The position numbers and the translations under genes are program-made. Source: Cystobasidiomycetes sp. EMM_F5 (Eukaryota). Taken from it: a stretch of DNA of 64,000 bases. The stretch spans positions 248,001 through 312,000 of the forward strand of contig JBPGPT010000015.1 in the NCBI GenBank assembly GCA_051047955.1. The letters run 5' to 3'. The notes below the pieces were generated by a model. It saw only the letters and a list, made by a program, of their open reading frames with translations, had not been told where the DNA came from and ran no database searches. This document shows, one piece after another, positions 48,975-63,789 of the stretch. The first letter of the stretch is position 1; each line of letters opens with the position of its first letter.

Positions 48975-51781
48975 ATGGATGATCCTATGGAGATTGACGG
49001 GTTGGGTCCAGCGGCAAAGCCAGGGCTGAAGGGAATCAGCAGTGGCCTGCTGGAGCGACTTGAACGAGAAGCTCGAGCTCAGGCTGCCGAAGCTGAACAA
49101 GTACAGCGACAGTTGCAGAGACCCAAAGCGCAGGCCGGTAACAGTGGCAGCAGCAGCGCGAAACGGAATGCTGCAGAGATGTCGTCTGAAGGTGAACGAG
49201 TCGGGCGGCCTCATCATTCCGACCTCGCTGACTCTCGATCAAACAGTCGGTGGATATGTTCCTGGTGGAAAGAAGGCAGCAGCAGAGAAAGCGGCTAGTG
49301 CGAATGTCAACAGTACTGCTTCTACATCTAATGCAGCCGCTGCCATATCCTCTGCGGCCCCTGTGTCAAATGACGCGACCGCGTCTGGGAGTGAACTACA
49401 GACAAAGAAACCCCGCATACAACCTACCATTCGCATGCAATTCTCATGGAAACCCTATCCTGTCGGACAGGAACCTCACGCAAAACACGTCCCCATCTTT
49501 GATATCCTCGCCATTGCTGAAAAGCAAGGTTTCCTCCTTCCTCCTGAAGAGACTATCGAAGAAGGATCAAGCAGCGGTGGTAGTGATGATGACGATGACG
49601 ATGACAAGGCTGAGGAAGAAGGAACAGGCGGAGAAGCGTCGGGTTCCGGTGCTCAAGTATGTCAGAATAGCTTCCCCGATTGCAGCGATTATTGACGCTT
49701 TCGGCCATTGTCAGCCTTCCAAGCCTGGTTCTGCAGCCAATCAAGCTCTGAAAGCGGCGCTTCAGCTAGCCAGCAAGAGCGCAGCGCCACTAGTTCTTCG
49801 CAAGCGGATCCTTGAACGGGACGAAGGGTATGATGTGGATGACCCGTTTGTTGATGACAGCGAGTTGGCTGTGAATGAACCCAAATTCCAGCATAAGCCT
49901 CTCATGGAAGGCTATATTGCGCAAATGGGTCTTGTAGGCACTTTTCAAGACGAAGACGGAGGTGGTGCAAAGTGCGTTGTTATCAAGCATGCGATATGCA
50001 CTCATCCTGATTGTTCGATCGCAGAACGAAAGGACGCAAAGCAGGGTCACTCAATAAACCCAAAGTACCTATACAGATGCCAGATGGATCGACGAAGATG
50101 GTTAGCGAAGCTGTTGCAGCTCGCAAGCAGAAAAAGGCGGACGGCAAGAATGCCACATCTTCATCCGATGCGAAGGCTGCACCTGAAGCTTCGACCTCGA
50201 ACGGTGTCGCCAAGCCATCGAGTACAGCTGAGCCCGCCATTTCGAGACAAAATTCAGGCAGTAGACCGCCCAATTCGACGAATGAAGCCAGATCTCCACC
50301 ACCTTCAGCGGCACCTCGAACAAGTGCAACTCCCTACTCGGGAGTGGGCAACGGCTCTCGCATGTCTCCTATCGCCATCGATGATAATGAAGACGATGTG
50401 GAAGGCTCTGCGACTCCTGCTCCGACCGGAAAGAAAACTCAGCATATTATCAATTTTGATCCGAGTCCTGCTGGTCGTAAAAAGGTGGGTCTGTTTGCTC
50501 TGTTCCGCTTGTATGGCTGGAATGAATAAAGGCCGCCTTAGCTAACCAACTGCATCGTAGTACGAGTATGAAGACCCTGATTCCAAGCTACAGGCCAGTC
50601 TGGACGTTCTCAGGAAAGCAATCAGTCGAGGTGAGTGCTACGCTGGCCTTTGCGAGTGATGGCAGTGCGAAGTGCCAGCTGACGAAACGGACTCTACAGA
50701 ATCGTTCGAAAACAAGAAGAAATTCCCGCCTGATCTCAAACCTTTGCTGGTCAACACAGCGATCATTGCCATCGAGACTAACGAGTACAATGACAATTTC
50801 TTCAACATCATGCCAAACATTTTCCCCTACAACCGTTTTACCATGCAGGTGAGCATGCTCGTCGATTCTAACATGCTCAACGCCAATCGATTAATCGCCT
50901 GCACCTATAACCCATCAAACACTCTCTACTTTGTGCAGAAACTGATCAAGAGGGAGGTTTGCGAGCCGCGAGTGAACCAACTCGAAGCGCATATTGATGA
51001 AGAAATGAGGCAACTCAAAGAGGAGGTCGACAAGGCCGTTGCCCAATGTCTGCCGGCCTATGAGGAAGCACTGAAGAAATACGAGGTCGATTTAGCAGAA
51101 TACCTTCGGAAGAATCCTACAGCAACCCCTGCCGCCGGGCAAGCTGGAACCACTCCCGCTAGTAAAGACTCGAGCGTTACTCCGCACAATGACAGTACAG
51201 CAAATAAGGTTCGCGCAAATAGCCTTACACCGGTCCCTTCTGATGGCGACACGACAATGGCGGACGGTACAGCGCAAAACGACCAGGATCAGGCTAACGG
51301 AGCTACAAAAGAGGCAGGAGGAATGCCTGTAAAGCCCAAGCCGAAATTCAAATGGAATGATGCACTCCGGCAGCATTTGTTCGCGATCATGACCTATCAG
51401 AATGAAATTACTCAGAGACTTCGAGACAAGGCGTGCGTCTTGATAGCGTGCTCTGATGTCGTGGAGAGCGTACTGACCGTTTTTCATTCGGTTAGGGAGG
51501 TCGAGAAGGCTGAAGAACCTAGTCAGCTCGTGGCGTCCAAACAGCGGTATAGCAAGATAGTCCCTCTATGGCCTGACGGCTGGATGTTCTCCAACGTCCT
51601 GTCAAGGGAACGTACGTCCCTCGTACTTAATTGGCCGTTCGGGTACTGATTGTTATGCGAATCCCACTATTAGTTACACAATTTAAGCGAAGAGTAAGCT
51701 CTCTCTGTTACATGTGCATCAGACTACAATCCCCGTACTCATCGCTTTTATCAGGTCGAAAAGGCTGCAACCAGAACTTGA
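48975..51781 (+). CDS. HPC2: HIR histone-chaperone complex subunit Hpc2/ubinuclein-like
   Basis: HUN/HRD motif GYDVDDPFVDDSEL...EGYIA, and a ubinuclein-middle-like region SFENKKKFPPDLKPLL...NIFPYNRFTM...LWPDGWM. Confidence 0.75.
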
Positions 51782-52179
51782 CATCGAGTTCCACGGGTAC
51801 AGGCTGAGGAACAGTTTATGCACACAGAAGGCTAGCTATGGACATGCTGGCCGTCACACAGATGCTGCTTCGCGTATCCTTGTATCGTAGAGCACCAGCG
51901 TAATGCTTATTTGCCAATGCTTGCAGTGCAAAATAACAGAATGCCTTTGAAAATTGGATGTGACAGCTATGACTGGTACAACGCCAAGGCAAGCATCTAG
52001 ATACTCGTCCATACTGCTGTTACACGATCTGATAGCTGAAGTGGGGGGTGTTGGAGGAAGAAATAGCACTGAAATAGGAGAGCGGGAGGGCCAAGGGCAA
52101 TACGCGATCTATGAAGGGGACAAGTGTCGTGTGTGGATGCTGACATGTAATGGGGTGAAAGCGGGGCCAATACATGCGT

Positions 52180-52894
52180 CTAGTAGCTGGGCTGTGCGCG
52201 CCTGCCAGCAACCATGCGGTTGCGGCGACGGGCAGGAGGTTGGGAAGCAGCGAGTACGAGGGCCTCGCAACCGGATGCGGTGTTCTGAGTCTCGGAAGAA
52301 CCACAGCCGCACGTGCCGTAAACGTCTCCCGCTTGGGTGAATTCGTCCGTTGCGATGTGGCACGATGGTCCGGTCGGGGTATCATATCTGCGAGCGGTTC
52401 AAGGTCAGGCACAAGAACCACTTGCAAACAGGCCAGTCGAGACGCACCTGAAGGAGGCTGAAGAGAAGCTCTGAACAGCGCTGATAGCATCCGGACCATT
52501 GTCGTACTCCAGCAGAATGCAATTGTCGGCTGTAAAAATAACGCAATCTCAGCACCGTTTCTTGCAAAATATACTTCAGAGTCACTAACTGGTGAACAGA
52601 GTCGCGTAGCAGGCATCGAACGCAGTGCATCGAGTATTGCAAGCAAGCAGGGATGCGCTAGCGGCGGCTGTCTCATCAGCCTGATCATGGAACACACACA
52701 ATCAGCGCATTGGTTTTGGCAAGACACAAGAGCGACATTACCGTGTCAACAATCTGACTGGCGCCAGTAGCCAATTGGAAGCCGTTGCTGTTCTCATCGT
52801 ACTGCGACACATCGTACGTGACGTAGGTAGCAGCCATAGCGTGGCTGGTGAAGGCCAATACGGCAGCGATGGCAGAGACGGTGAAGGACTTCAT
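52180..52894 (-). CDS. Small secreted cysteine-rich protein, four exons, PAN/apple-like Cys spacing
   Basis: Signal peptide MKSFTVSAIAAVLAFTSHAMA. The spliced reading gives ACNTRCTAFDACYATLFTTDNCILL...SCHIA...CGCG...GCEAL and a basic tail, with TAG at 52180-52182. Confidence 0.7.
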
Positions 52895-53917
52895 CTTGTA
52901 GGGTTATAGGGTGTAGCTTTGTTGTAAAGAATGTGGGTTGAGCTCGTTTGCCCTGTGTGTGGAAGGTTGGATTAGTTTGAGATGTGTGGATGGAAGAGGA
53001 CGAAGGGGAGAAAATGGCGAAATAGCCCTTTTCAAAGGCAGAGGTTCAGATTGTTTACGTTCCAAGGAGGAATTAGTAGTTAAGACCGCTCACATTCCTT
53101 GGCTTTTATCGGAGTGGAATGTGATCCGGCCGATCGCACGCGTGAGGAGTGGAATCTCAAAACTGCAAAAATGGTGGGAGAGCTGAAAGCTACGGCTCGA
53201 CGCGTTGTGAGGGACATGTGTGCGCGACACAACCCTCCGACAGCACTAAGTAGTGGTATTTAGTGGAAAATGCATAAATTTTGTTCGTTCTTGGACCGCT
53301 CGCTCCAGCGAGATGTGTGCCTAGGGTGTTTCAAGTCACCCAGACCGTATCTGTTTACATAGCTTCTTAATTACTATCGGATAGACCTGGTGCAAGCCTA
53401 ACAGGCGCCGTGTTTAGTCAGCCGGATGCTCTGGGCCGCGCACTCCGTGGTCAGCGTAAATCCGCACGACGCAGGCTCCGCACTGCTGACTCGACGTGCA
53501 ACTGTAAGTCATGCAGCATCATCAATAAGTTACAATATCAGGCTTATCAGCATCAGCCATTTGCCTCGTATTTCTTCCCGCTGCATTGGCGCCGTTGTGG
53601 CTGTCAGTCAGTGATCCTAGCACGGCCCGGGCAGGGTGAGCTGATTGCAACAGGACGCCGTTGGCTGTATGCGGGAAGCAGCGCTGTCCTGTCTTCTCAT
53701 ACGCAGACTTACAGTGCAGCATAAGGTGCCGTAGTACCTTGTCGGGATTGTCGCCATCCATTCAGTGAACAACAAACAGACCTCGCATACTGTAGAAGAA
53801 CACTCCGGACTCCAAGCTGGACACATCGACAAAATACTGCATAACGAATTAATGAACCTTCCGCATTAGAACATCTGGCCTCTAGTGCACTTCTAATGTG
53901 GGTCTCCACCGTCAATT

Positions 53918-56248
53918 CTACTTTAGCGGGGCAGCACCTCCAATCGTTCGGCCGCGCACAAAGACACTGGCGATCTGGACAGCGTACCGGATCAGCAATG
54001 CGGTAACGTTCGCCATGCTGAGAACTCACGTTTGCATAATCACCAGTGAACAGGAAGCGTTCGAAGAGGACGGGCAGTGTATCTTCAGGCTCAACAAACA
54101 TTGCTGGATTTGGCTGGGAAAAAAAGACATCCCCTTCATCGTCAGGATTCGCTTGGCCGGTACGAACCAGGATGGCGTCAAACTCCTTGCCCACGACAAA
54201 GTTTCCGATGCGGTCTTGCAGGTCGCAGACTTCAGCACCGCCCAAGGTGGCCAGGAAGAACAAAGTCTCCAGCGGGAGATGCTTGCCAGTGAACATTTCC
54301 GTTTCCGAAACTTCACTTGCGGCTGCCAGGTGTTTGTCTCCTTCAATGACTGGGAGACCGCCCTTTGGCGTTTCTGACCTGCCCCGAGACTTATCCTTTT
54401 CAGTCTTCTTCTCCTGAGTGAAGCTCAATACTTTTGACACTACGCTGGCCTCCCGGAGTGCACTCAGAATGCCGTGCCCGAAGCCACCGCTGACGTCCGT
54501 TCCCAAGCCAACCTTGATGTTGCGATCGAGTAGTACAGCGACTGGAGAATTTCCGCTGCGAAGATTTAGATTAGAAGTCGGACAATGCGAAATGCCTGCG
54601 CCTCTTTGCTGTATCAAATCCATCTCATGCTCTTCTAGATGTACGCAGTGTGCAAGAATCGTCTTCTGCGACAATAGGCCGAAGTGATCATATACTATGC
54701 GCCAGAGATACGATACAGTCAGATTTCGACGCAGACTATCAAAGAGTCGCTTCATGCTCACCGTGGGTATAAGAATCGGTGAAAGGGAACAGCTGCTTAG
54801 TGAACTCGATTTCTGCCGGATTTTCTGCTAGATGCGTCTGTATGTGCAAAGTCGGGTCCTTGCCAACCACAGCTTGTAGACCTGCCATAAGAGCATCGGA
54901 GCAGGAAATTGCAAATCTCGGTGTAATGATAGGCTGGACCAGTGATGTCACACTACTGCGCTGAACAGCCAAGGATTCTGATGTTGTAGACGAGCTCGAG
55001 GAAGCGCTCGAATCGGAAGTTGTAGATCGCTTGCGTGGAGACGAGAAACTGCCGCGCATGCCGTTCGGTGACATTGTGCCTGCTTCATTGGAAGTGGGAG
55101 ATATGGGACCCGAGGCCAATTTCGGATACAGAGGCGCGGCACACTCTTTCCGTACATAATTTACGAACTCCTTCGTGTCGGCGATACTAGCGCTAGCGCT
55201 CTTCTCGGTGTAGTCTGGAGCAGAATGCCGATCCATGTTGCATTTGCCGACAAACGATCTTTGTCCGCTTCGATGCACGATATCCGCGAGAATCTTGGTC
55301 GCATCCAAATGAAGAGTGCCATACCTGCGTATGCGAGACTTGAGCCACGAATTACACTCTACAGGCAAAACGAGCTCACCAACAGCAACATGTCGTACCG
55401 GACGCTATGACCCGCTTGACGACAGATTTATACGTTCGCTCAGCGTATCGAACGTCCCTGAACTGCAGAAGTATTGTCAAAGGTGGTCTCTTTCGAATTA
55501 TTACTCCGAATCACTTTGGCTTCGGTGGGGAAAGTCAACTGAGAATGATAAACAGCCTAGCATTAGCTAGTTGAAAACGAGGTAGAAGAGTGCGACGCAC
55601 GTTGCTAAGCCAATCCAACAGCTGAAACTGTGGAGATTCGAAGATAAGGAAATTGTCAATTTCGAATAATGCACAGCGACCGTACCTGCTGTCCGCGACC
55701 GATATTCCTGCACCGGAAAGAGAATTGAGAATTGAACCTGACTGTCAGCACTACGTCGTCATCGCATACCACGCAGCAACCTCACGGGTATTGCGGAGCA
55801 TGCTAGAGAAACGTGACCAAGGACGACATCAGTGTTGATAAGGATTTCGTATCGAAAGCTGGACGCACGGTATGGGTGTCGATAAAGCTTCGAATGCGTA
55901 CACGTACGAGAGGGCGTATAAGTCTTGTTTGGCGCTGCGGGCTCCCCAGATACCCAGTGCTCACCCTGGAATGATAAACTCGCCTCTGACGAGCTCTACA
56001 ATTTCGGCTTCAGTCCAATGCAGCCTTTCGAGGATAAGCTCGAGGCTGCCAGGTTGCTTGCATGGCTCGATGAAGACTATGACGCCGAACTCGTCGACGC
56101 CGACCGCAGTCTCGTACAGGTACTCGAGCTTGCGCTTGGTGAGCGAGTGCACAAAGTCGCCCACAAAGACTCGCCTACGAGGCTGCGGGCGGAGTTGGTT
56201 GCTGGACCGGTCAGCGAAAGTTGACGAAGCATACGGGATGGTGTGCAT
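53918..56248 (-). CDS. GUD1: Guanine deaminase (amidohydrolase superfamily)
   Basis: PGFIDTHTHAPQY (assembled from micro-exons), PIITPRFAISCS, IQTHLAEN, ILAHCVHL, HCPTSN, VGLGTDVSGG, ATLGGA and IGNFVVGKEFDA. Confidence 0.93.
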
Positions 56249-56799
56249 ACCTCGGTGGGAAGTCCGCTCATCTTGCGACTAGGTGGAAAGCAACAAGCGG
56301 CCGACTGTTGGGCGACTCGGGCGAAGTCTCGAGCGAAGCAACCTGGAAATGGCAGTATACTCCACTGAAGAGAAGCAAGAGTGTCATTCAACGTGTTCGT
56401 ATACTGCATACACCATCACACCTACTTCAAAGGCAGATATCCTCCGAGCCTGGCTCTGCGTTTGAGCGGGTGCCTTGTCCATTTGGGAAGAAACGACCAA
56501 GGCCTGAGATCTCACGCTTGAACCCTGCTACGTGTCAATTGGTGTCGCGACAAAGAGGAACTAACACAGTCGAGGAGGCGTGTCGCCATGGCAGGTCGCA
56601 TCGCGGGTCAAAACAAAGTGGCCAGCGACCGCAAGTGTGCGGTGTTTACGAAATGAAAGCATCCAGCCTTGGAAGGCGGAACAAACTGACGAGAATGTTC
56701 GCCTCGACCTCGGTCGCCTCTTGCTCTTCCTTCTTCCATCGTACAACTGTTTCCGCAAAGCATTCATTAACCGACCGAGCTCATCCTTCAATCATCAAG

Positions 56800-58572
56800 A
56801 TGCTTCTTCTTACCATACTCGCTCTCTCCTCTGTGACGGTGTGTCACGGATTCCTCATTCCGCTATCTTCCGACCTAGTCTCTCCCATCAAGGATCTGGT
56901 CAAGTTGCCAGCAGAGGTTTCAAATGGTTCAGGCCAACTCGACGGTATTGCTCGTCAATATCGCGGTATCATCCCCAAGTATATCTTATCTACCATTCTC
57001 AGTGAGTGTCTGCGCGTGTGACTATGGATTTCGGTCAAGCATCTAACCCGGGGTGCCTCTTTGCAGCCAAGCTTGACGATGACACTCTCCTTGGAAGCCT
57101 GCTTCAGTCTGTCGATCCGACAAGTCAAGTCTCCGATGCTATCAGATCATGTCGGACGTGCGCAACACAATCTATATCGACCAAACGACCAGACCTCAAC
57201 TGCTTTGACGACGGCAGAAACACCGCCTTGGACGTAGTACACACCAGACTCCTGGGGGCATTGCAAGAACATCGCGATACACTGCAAGATGAACGCTTGG
57301 CAGCTATCCGCAATAGTAAGCAGTCTACTACTACTGGCACAGTAGCTTTGCTGACAAGCGTTTCAGTCTTGAACTTTGCGCAACTCTCCAGTGTTTCCCC
57401 AGATGCCGAGAAATACTTCAGTCATATCAAGAGCCTTACGCAGGCATACATCCAGAGTCACAACAGCGATGGCTCTTCACTCAACAAAGTCCTCGCAGAC
57501 CTGCTCAAGCTGAACCCGGCAAGAAGGGGTCGCGCTCGAAGCCGTCGCTCCTTGCTGCCGACTGGTTCGTCCTTGCCCGACACGATGCAGCAGAAGTCGA
57601 TAGACAATGTCATGTCACAGTATCAAGGTATCCTGAGCCCTGACACTCTGCATAGCGTTGAGAAGGGTGAGGCTTCCCTTTCCTGCAGCCCGCCTAAACA
57701 GCTTCTGATTCGCTGTGCGTAGCCCTTTCTGCAACAGGTGTCATTTCTGGCATCATCAGCGACGACAGTGCGCTTTCTGCCATCGAAGCATCTCTAGATT
57801 CCGTTACTGCCGGCCTGTCCGGCAATTCCGTCACCGCATTCGCGCAAATGCAGAATTGCATTGAAAAATCTTTGCAGAGCCCGTCAAATTTGATTTCATG
57901 CTATTCCACCGCCAACGGACCCGCTTCAGCTATGGAGACTGCGCTCGATAACATCGTCGAGCAATTTTCTGGCTATCTGACACCGAACCTGGTCTCCAGT
58001 ATTAACAATCTCATTTCATATCATCTGTCCAATGTGGCAAGAGACATCCCGCTCGCCGGGGCACTCGTACCCGCTTGGGTCCAGATCAACAATGCACTGG
58101 GTAGTATAGCCGCTTCGACCGGGGGCAATTCTGCAACCGCCGTGCTGCAGCTTCAGAACTGCCTCAACCATGCAGCTGCCGAAGGCATCTCGAGTATTTC
58201 AGCTTCGTACTCTTGCTTCGTTGATGGGCCTTTTACCTCGCTGCAAACCATTCTCGTAAGTCACTCATGAAATAATGTCAGCGCCACTGATATCTTATCT
58301 AGAATGGCATTGTACAACAAGCTGTAGGATACCTGCCACCCAACTCGATCATGGATCTGTACACCATTGTGACTTCACGACACATTCCTGGCAACAGTGG
58401 AACGTACGCAACTGAATTGACCAAGGCGTTCGAAGCATCTGGCGCTGGTCCAAGGTCGGTCACATGTTTCGAGAGCCTGCAGACCTGCATGCTTCAAGCT
58501 GCCAAGTCAGGACATGCTGTTGATTGTCAGAGCTCGTTGGCGGCATCGTGCACGCCCATGACTTTGTCGTAG
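56800..58572 (+). CDS. Uncharacterised secreted helical-repeat protein with paired cysteines
   Basis: Signal peptide MLLLTILALSSVTVCHG, four exons, internal repeats and a polybasic RRGRARSRR site (see findings). Confidence 0.75.
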
Positions 58573-58797
58573 TGGCTTAACCAGTAACACGTTTCTTGTC
58601 GTTAGTTGTCTTCGAACTTCTTGACCCTGTCTTTATAGCATGATTCTGGTATGCGCCAGCCGTCGTAACAATGCATTTTTGTACAGCACCACATCCTAGA
58701 ATATTGATCATGACTACCAACGCTTGCTCAGATATCGTTGCGCTTCATTAACCATGACTCTTGACGAGATTTATTTTATTACGCTGTATGGGCTTAG

Positions 58798-60448
58798 CTA
58801 TATTGCCATGCCATAGGCACTTGTCGCGCTTCCTAGTCTTTGTTTTTGTATCGGCTCGCCGCCCGGCAAGTGACTTGTTGAGACATGTTCCTCTTCACTC
58901 GTCTCCGTATCAGGCGGTTGAGGTGAGAACATGGAAGGAAAGGCTGGCGATACTCTGCCATCGGCATAATTTGGCACGCGATGAGATGGTCCAGCAGCGT
59001 CAGGTCCAGACTTGACCTGTGCATACTGTCCGTGTGGTTCTGTATTGCGCAAGATGAAGGATGGATGAACAGGAGTAGGCGGCGCATACAGGGATGAGGA
59101 AGCCGAGGTCGAAGAGGGCGTCATGTCTCCAAAGTCGACGGCTTGCGAGACGGGACCGTTATCGATGAGCGCTCGCTGTTGTGCATACATTACCGAAGAA
59201 GATGTCGACGGAGAAGAAGTGTGAGTATGCTGAGAGTACACTGTCCCGTGTGATTTGGAGCGGATATGTTTGGTTGGGTGGGAAAAGCTGGGTCGAGGGG
59301 ATATTGGCTGCTTGGACATTTGGATCATTGGGACAGCGTCCACTACCTTAAAAGAGGGATCAGATAGGGCTTCCTGATAGGCGTCGGTGGTATACTGAAT
59401 GTCACTTGATTGAGGCTCTTGTCTGGCAGAATAGTTTCTGCCTCGGAAAGTAAGCATTGCATCTTGTATCTCGTTTGCGTTGGGTATCTCCCGTCCTGAT
59501 AAGCTGATATTTCTTGCGACTGCATCTGCAGCACCAGGAGGAACTACTCGAACTATCGTGCTGCCTAGACCCATTCGCGATGGGCCCGCAAAAGCCAATC
59601 GGCTTCTGCCGCTTCCGACGGCAGTCCCATCAGTCGCATGTGAATTTTCGGTGATTGCAGACGAGCCGAAAGAGTTACTGCCATGATTATTGTGCTGGGC
59701 AAGGAGCATTGCAGATGGGCTGGCGAGTTGCTGTACTCGACGGTGTGGAGAGAGCGTTGGACCTCCTTGCGGGGAAAACGGTGGCGTGGCTAGCACCAAT
59801 TGAGGTGAAGACTTGCTACGTTGATAGAAAGGAGAGGGGGAACGGCGCGCAGTGTTGGCTGTCTTGAATGAGGAATCGTTGGTGGACATATCGCCAACTT
59901 CCACCTGCCAATCGACATCTAGGGCAGGAAATTGCGGAGTTGGAATACGATGTGGAGGAATGCGACGCATACGAGGTGAGGATGTCTTGAAGTGGGCTCG
60001 GGAAGGGCTTTCGTGTTGAGTTGTGCGCGTCCTTCCGAAGCTGCTACTGCGATGTTGCTGCATATTTGGCAGAGGTCTGAACATTTGATCCTGTATGTTT
60101 CGAGCACGAGCGTGGTCAAGCATCGTTTCATTACTGGCGTGCGACCGAAGCGTTGTCAAGCCTTTATCGGATCGAAGATTATCCACTCCAGCAAGGTGCG
60201 TCCGCATAGCCCGTCGTCTCAATCGGCGTCGTATCATGACTGCTGTAATGATAATGGCCTGTGCAGAGGTTTGGATCAGCATGCGTACATTGCGACGCGA
60301 CTCGGGCGATCGCACAACTTACGAAGAGAGCCAGGCAAGTCCCGATACCAGAGAGAATGCCAATGAGGATCGTACCATTATGTCCCGCAAAGATATTGTC
60401 TCTTTTGCGGAGTAATCGATGTACGAGACGCGTCGCACTTTCCGCCAT
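58798..60448 (-). CDS. Single-pass membrane protein with a long Ser/Pro-rich disordered tail
   Basis: Exon 1 ...ILIGILSGIGTCLALF| spliced to AIIITAVMIRRRLRRR (transmembrane helix plus positive-inside cluster), followed by the large open frame to 58798. Confidence 0.65.
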
Positions 60449-61070
60449 GTTGACGTTTGGCAGCAGAAATTTTGAGCAGGGTTGGCAAGCACTTCAAGGC
60501 TGCACCACAGCTTTGTGCAAGTTGACGGGAAGCGTAAAGGCGGACGGAATCTTCCGCTGCGGTCGGCGTGTCAACAAACGCGACGCGATTCCCGTCCGTC
60601 CACCTCGATGTCGGAATTTGCTCGCTGGCGTCAAACAGTATATGATGGGCGGTTCCGTCAGGTCACAAAACGAATAAACAGAGTGCTGTGTCAGAATCAG
60701 TTTGCAAATTTGAGGATTGCTTAAAGGCAGTCAGCTCTTCAGGGCCCTATGTGCAAGCCCGAGTACAGTAGCCGCCTGAGCGTCTCATCGTTGACAACCG
60801 TAACGCTCGGGCCACAGCGGGAGGTCTGTGCGGTCCAAACGCAGAAGTAGGCAGTCTGGGAGATTGAGATTCTATGGTCGTTCGTCATTTCACGAGATAC
60901 TGCTTGCAGTGCTGGAATCACGCAGTTGTAGTGTTGCATAGCGGAGACCTAAGACTATGCAACTTGAATTTGGGAAGACCATCCATCATGAGTAAATGCA
61001 AAGCGCGTATGCACAATAATGGGTCTCATAACAACATGCACAACAACAGAGACTGAGAACAGGGTCAAAA

Positions 61071-62100
61071 TCAGAACAGCTTCGCCCACAGAACAAACAG
61101 GCTAGGTATCGGTACAATCGTCAGCTTAGGGGTACTCGCCATGGCCTGGCGACACTCACATCAGTACGACCAGCACTGTGATGATGGCGCCAGTGATGAG
61201 ACGCTGCTGGTACATCCTGCACAAACGAGGATACAAAAGATCAAAGGGTAAACTAGGCGTGTCAGTACAATTGAAGTCCGATAGCGGGATGTGCACTTAC
61301 CGCCTGATCATCTGCTTGAGCGTCCCGCTGGCCCTGTCGATAGAGTTATCTGCGCGATATAGAGTATCTCTAGTATTTGTAATCTGCTCGCGTTGACTCC
61401 GTAAGTCTGTCAAGATGCCCGCTCCTAGATCTTCTGTCTCGAGCGCTATTCTATGCGAGTCTTCCAGTCTCCGCTGTCCATCTGCGAGTTTATCAACTCC
61501 GCCTAGTAGTCGTTGCCGTTGCGCTTGCGTCAATCCACCCGTGTTGGCTTCCAAATCTGACGGAGATACATCGTCGTCACGATACCTCCCGCCCAGCAAT
61601 TCGTCCCGGTCGCTCGATTGTAGAGATGTTTTCTGCGATTTTGTTCTCGTTAACAATGCACTCCCTCGGTGTCGCTATGGTACACCTCACCACTTCGGTC
61701 TTGAACCGTGCCAGCTCGCCCTTGTATGACCTCAGCTTGATCTGGAGCTTTGTTTTGTGGTCGCGCGGCACGCTCTGCACTTCGACTTCCATCTGTTCGA
61801 GCTGGAGTATATCATAGTCATTTAGCTTGCACTTTGCAAGGCAACACCATAGCGACTAACAATCTCATCGCCTTCCTCAAGATGGTGTTCGGCCCGCCGC
61901 AAGACAGCTCTCTTCGCCTCTGCCGACACAACAAAGGCGTTGGGGCAGTCAGATAGCATGTACCCCGTAAATGTAGTGTCCAGACCCTCACCGCCTTTGC
62001 TATCCCGTGCCTCCTTGAGCAGGTCGCTAATGCTCGCCGACAGGGATTTGTAGTCTGTCTCGTAAGACTCAAACACTTCGAGTCCTGGCGTCGAGTCCAT
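61071..62100 (-). CDS. VTI1: Qb-SNARE Vti1
   Basis: FESYETDY, QMEVEVQS, QRQRLLGG, LEDSHRIALETE...DLRSQREQI, LKQMIRRM and a C-terminal transmembrane helix. Confidence 0.93.
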
Positions 62101-62252
62101 GTTTGTAAATTGGCGTGTTCAGTATTGTCAGCAGTCAGTCTGGTTTAAAGAGGTCCATTTGCTTTGCGCGTCTAAGTAGCAGTGACGATCAAGCCAGCTC
62201 AAGCTCAATCCCACCCAGTCTGAGTCTGGCAAGTCTGCTCACCCAAACAGCT

Positions 62253-63789
<1,537 letters not shown>

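Noticed and set aside
48639..49217. 192-aa minus-strand ORF
   Set aside because: Overlaps HPC2 exon 1 in antisense plus promoter DNA; no recognisable features.
52020..52727. 235-aa ORF as the product of this locus
   Set aside because: It is an alternative frame across introns; the spliced signal-peptide protein explains the region better.
53410..53832. Short Cys-rich ORFs and GTAAGT...CAG pairs on both strands suggesting a small gene
   Set aside because: No convincing branch site, signal peptide or homology; cannot be supported without RNA data.
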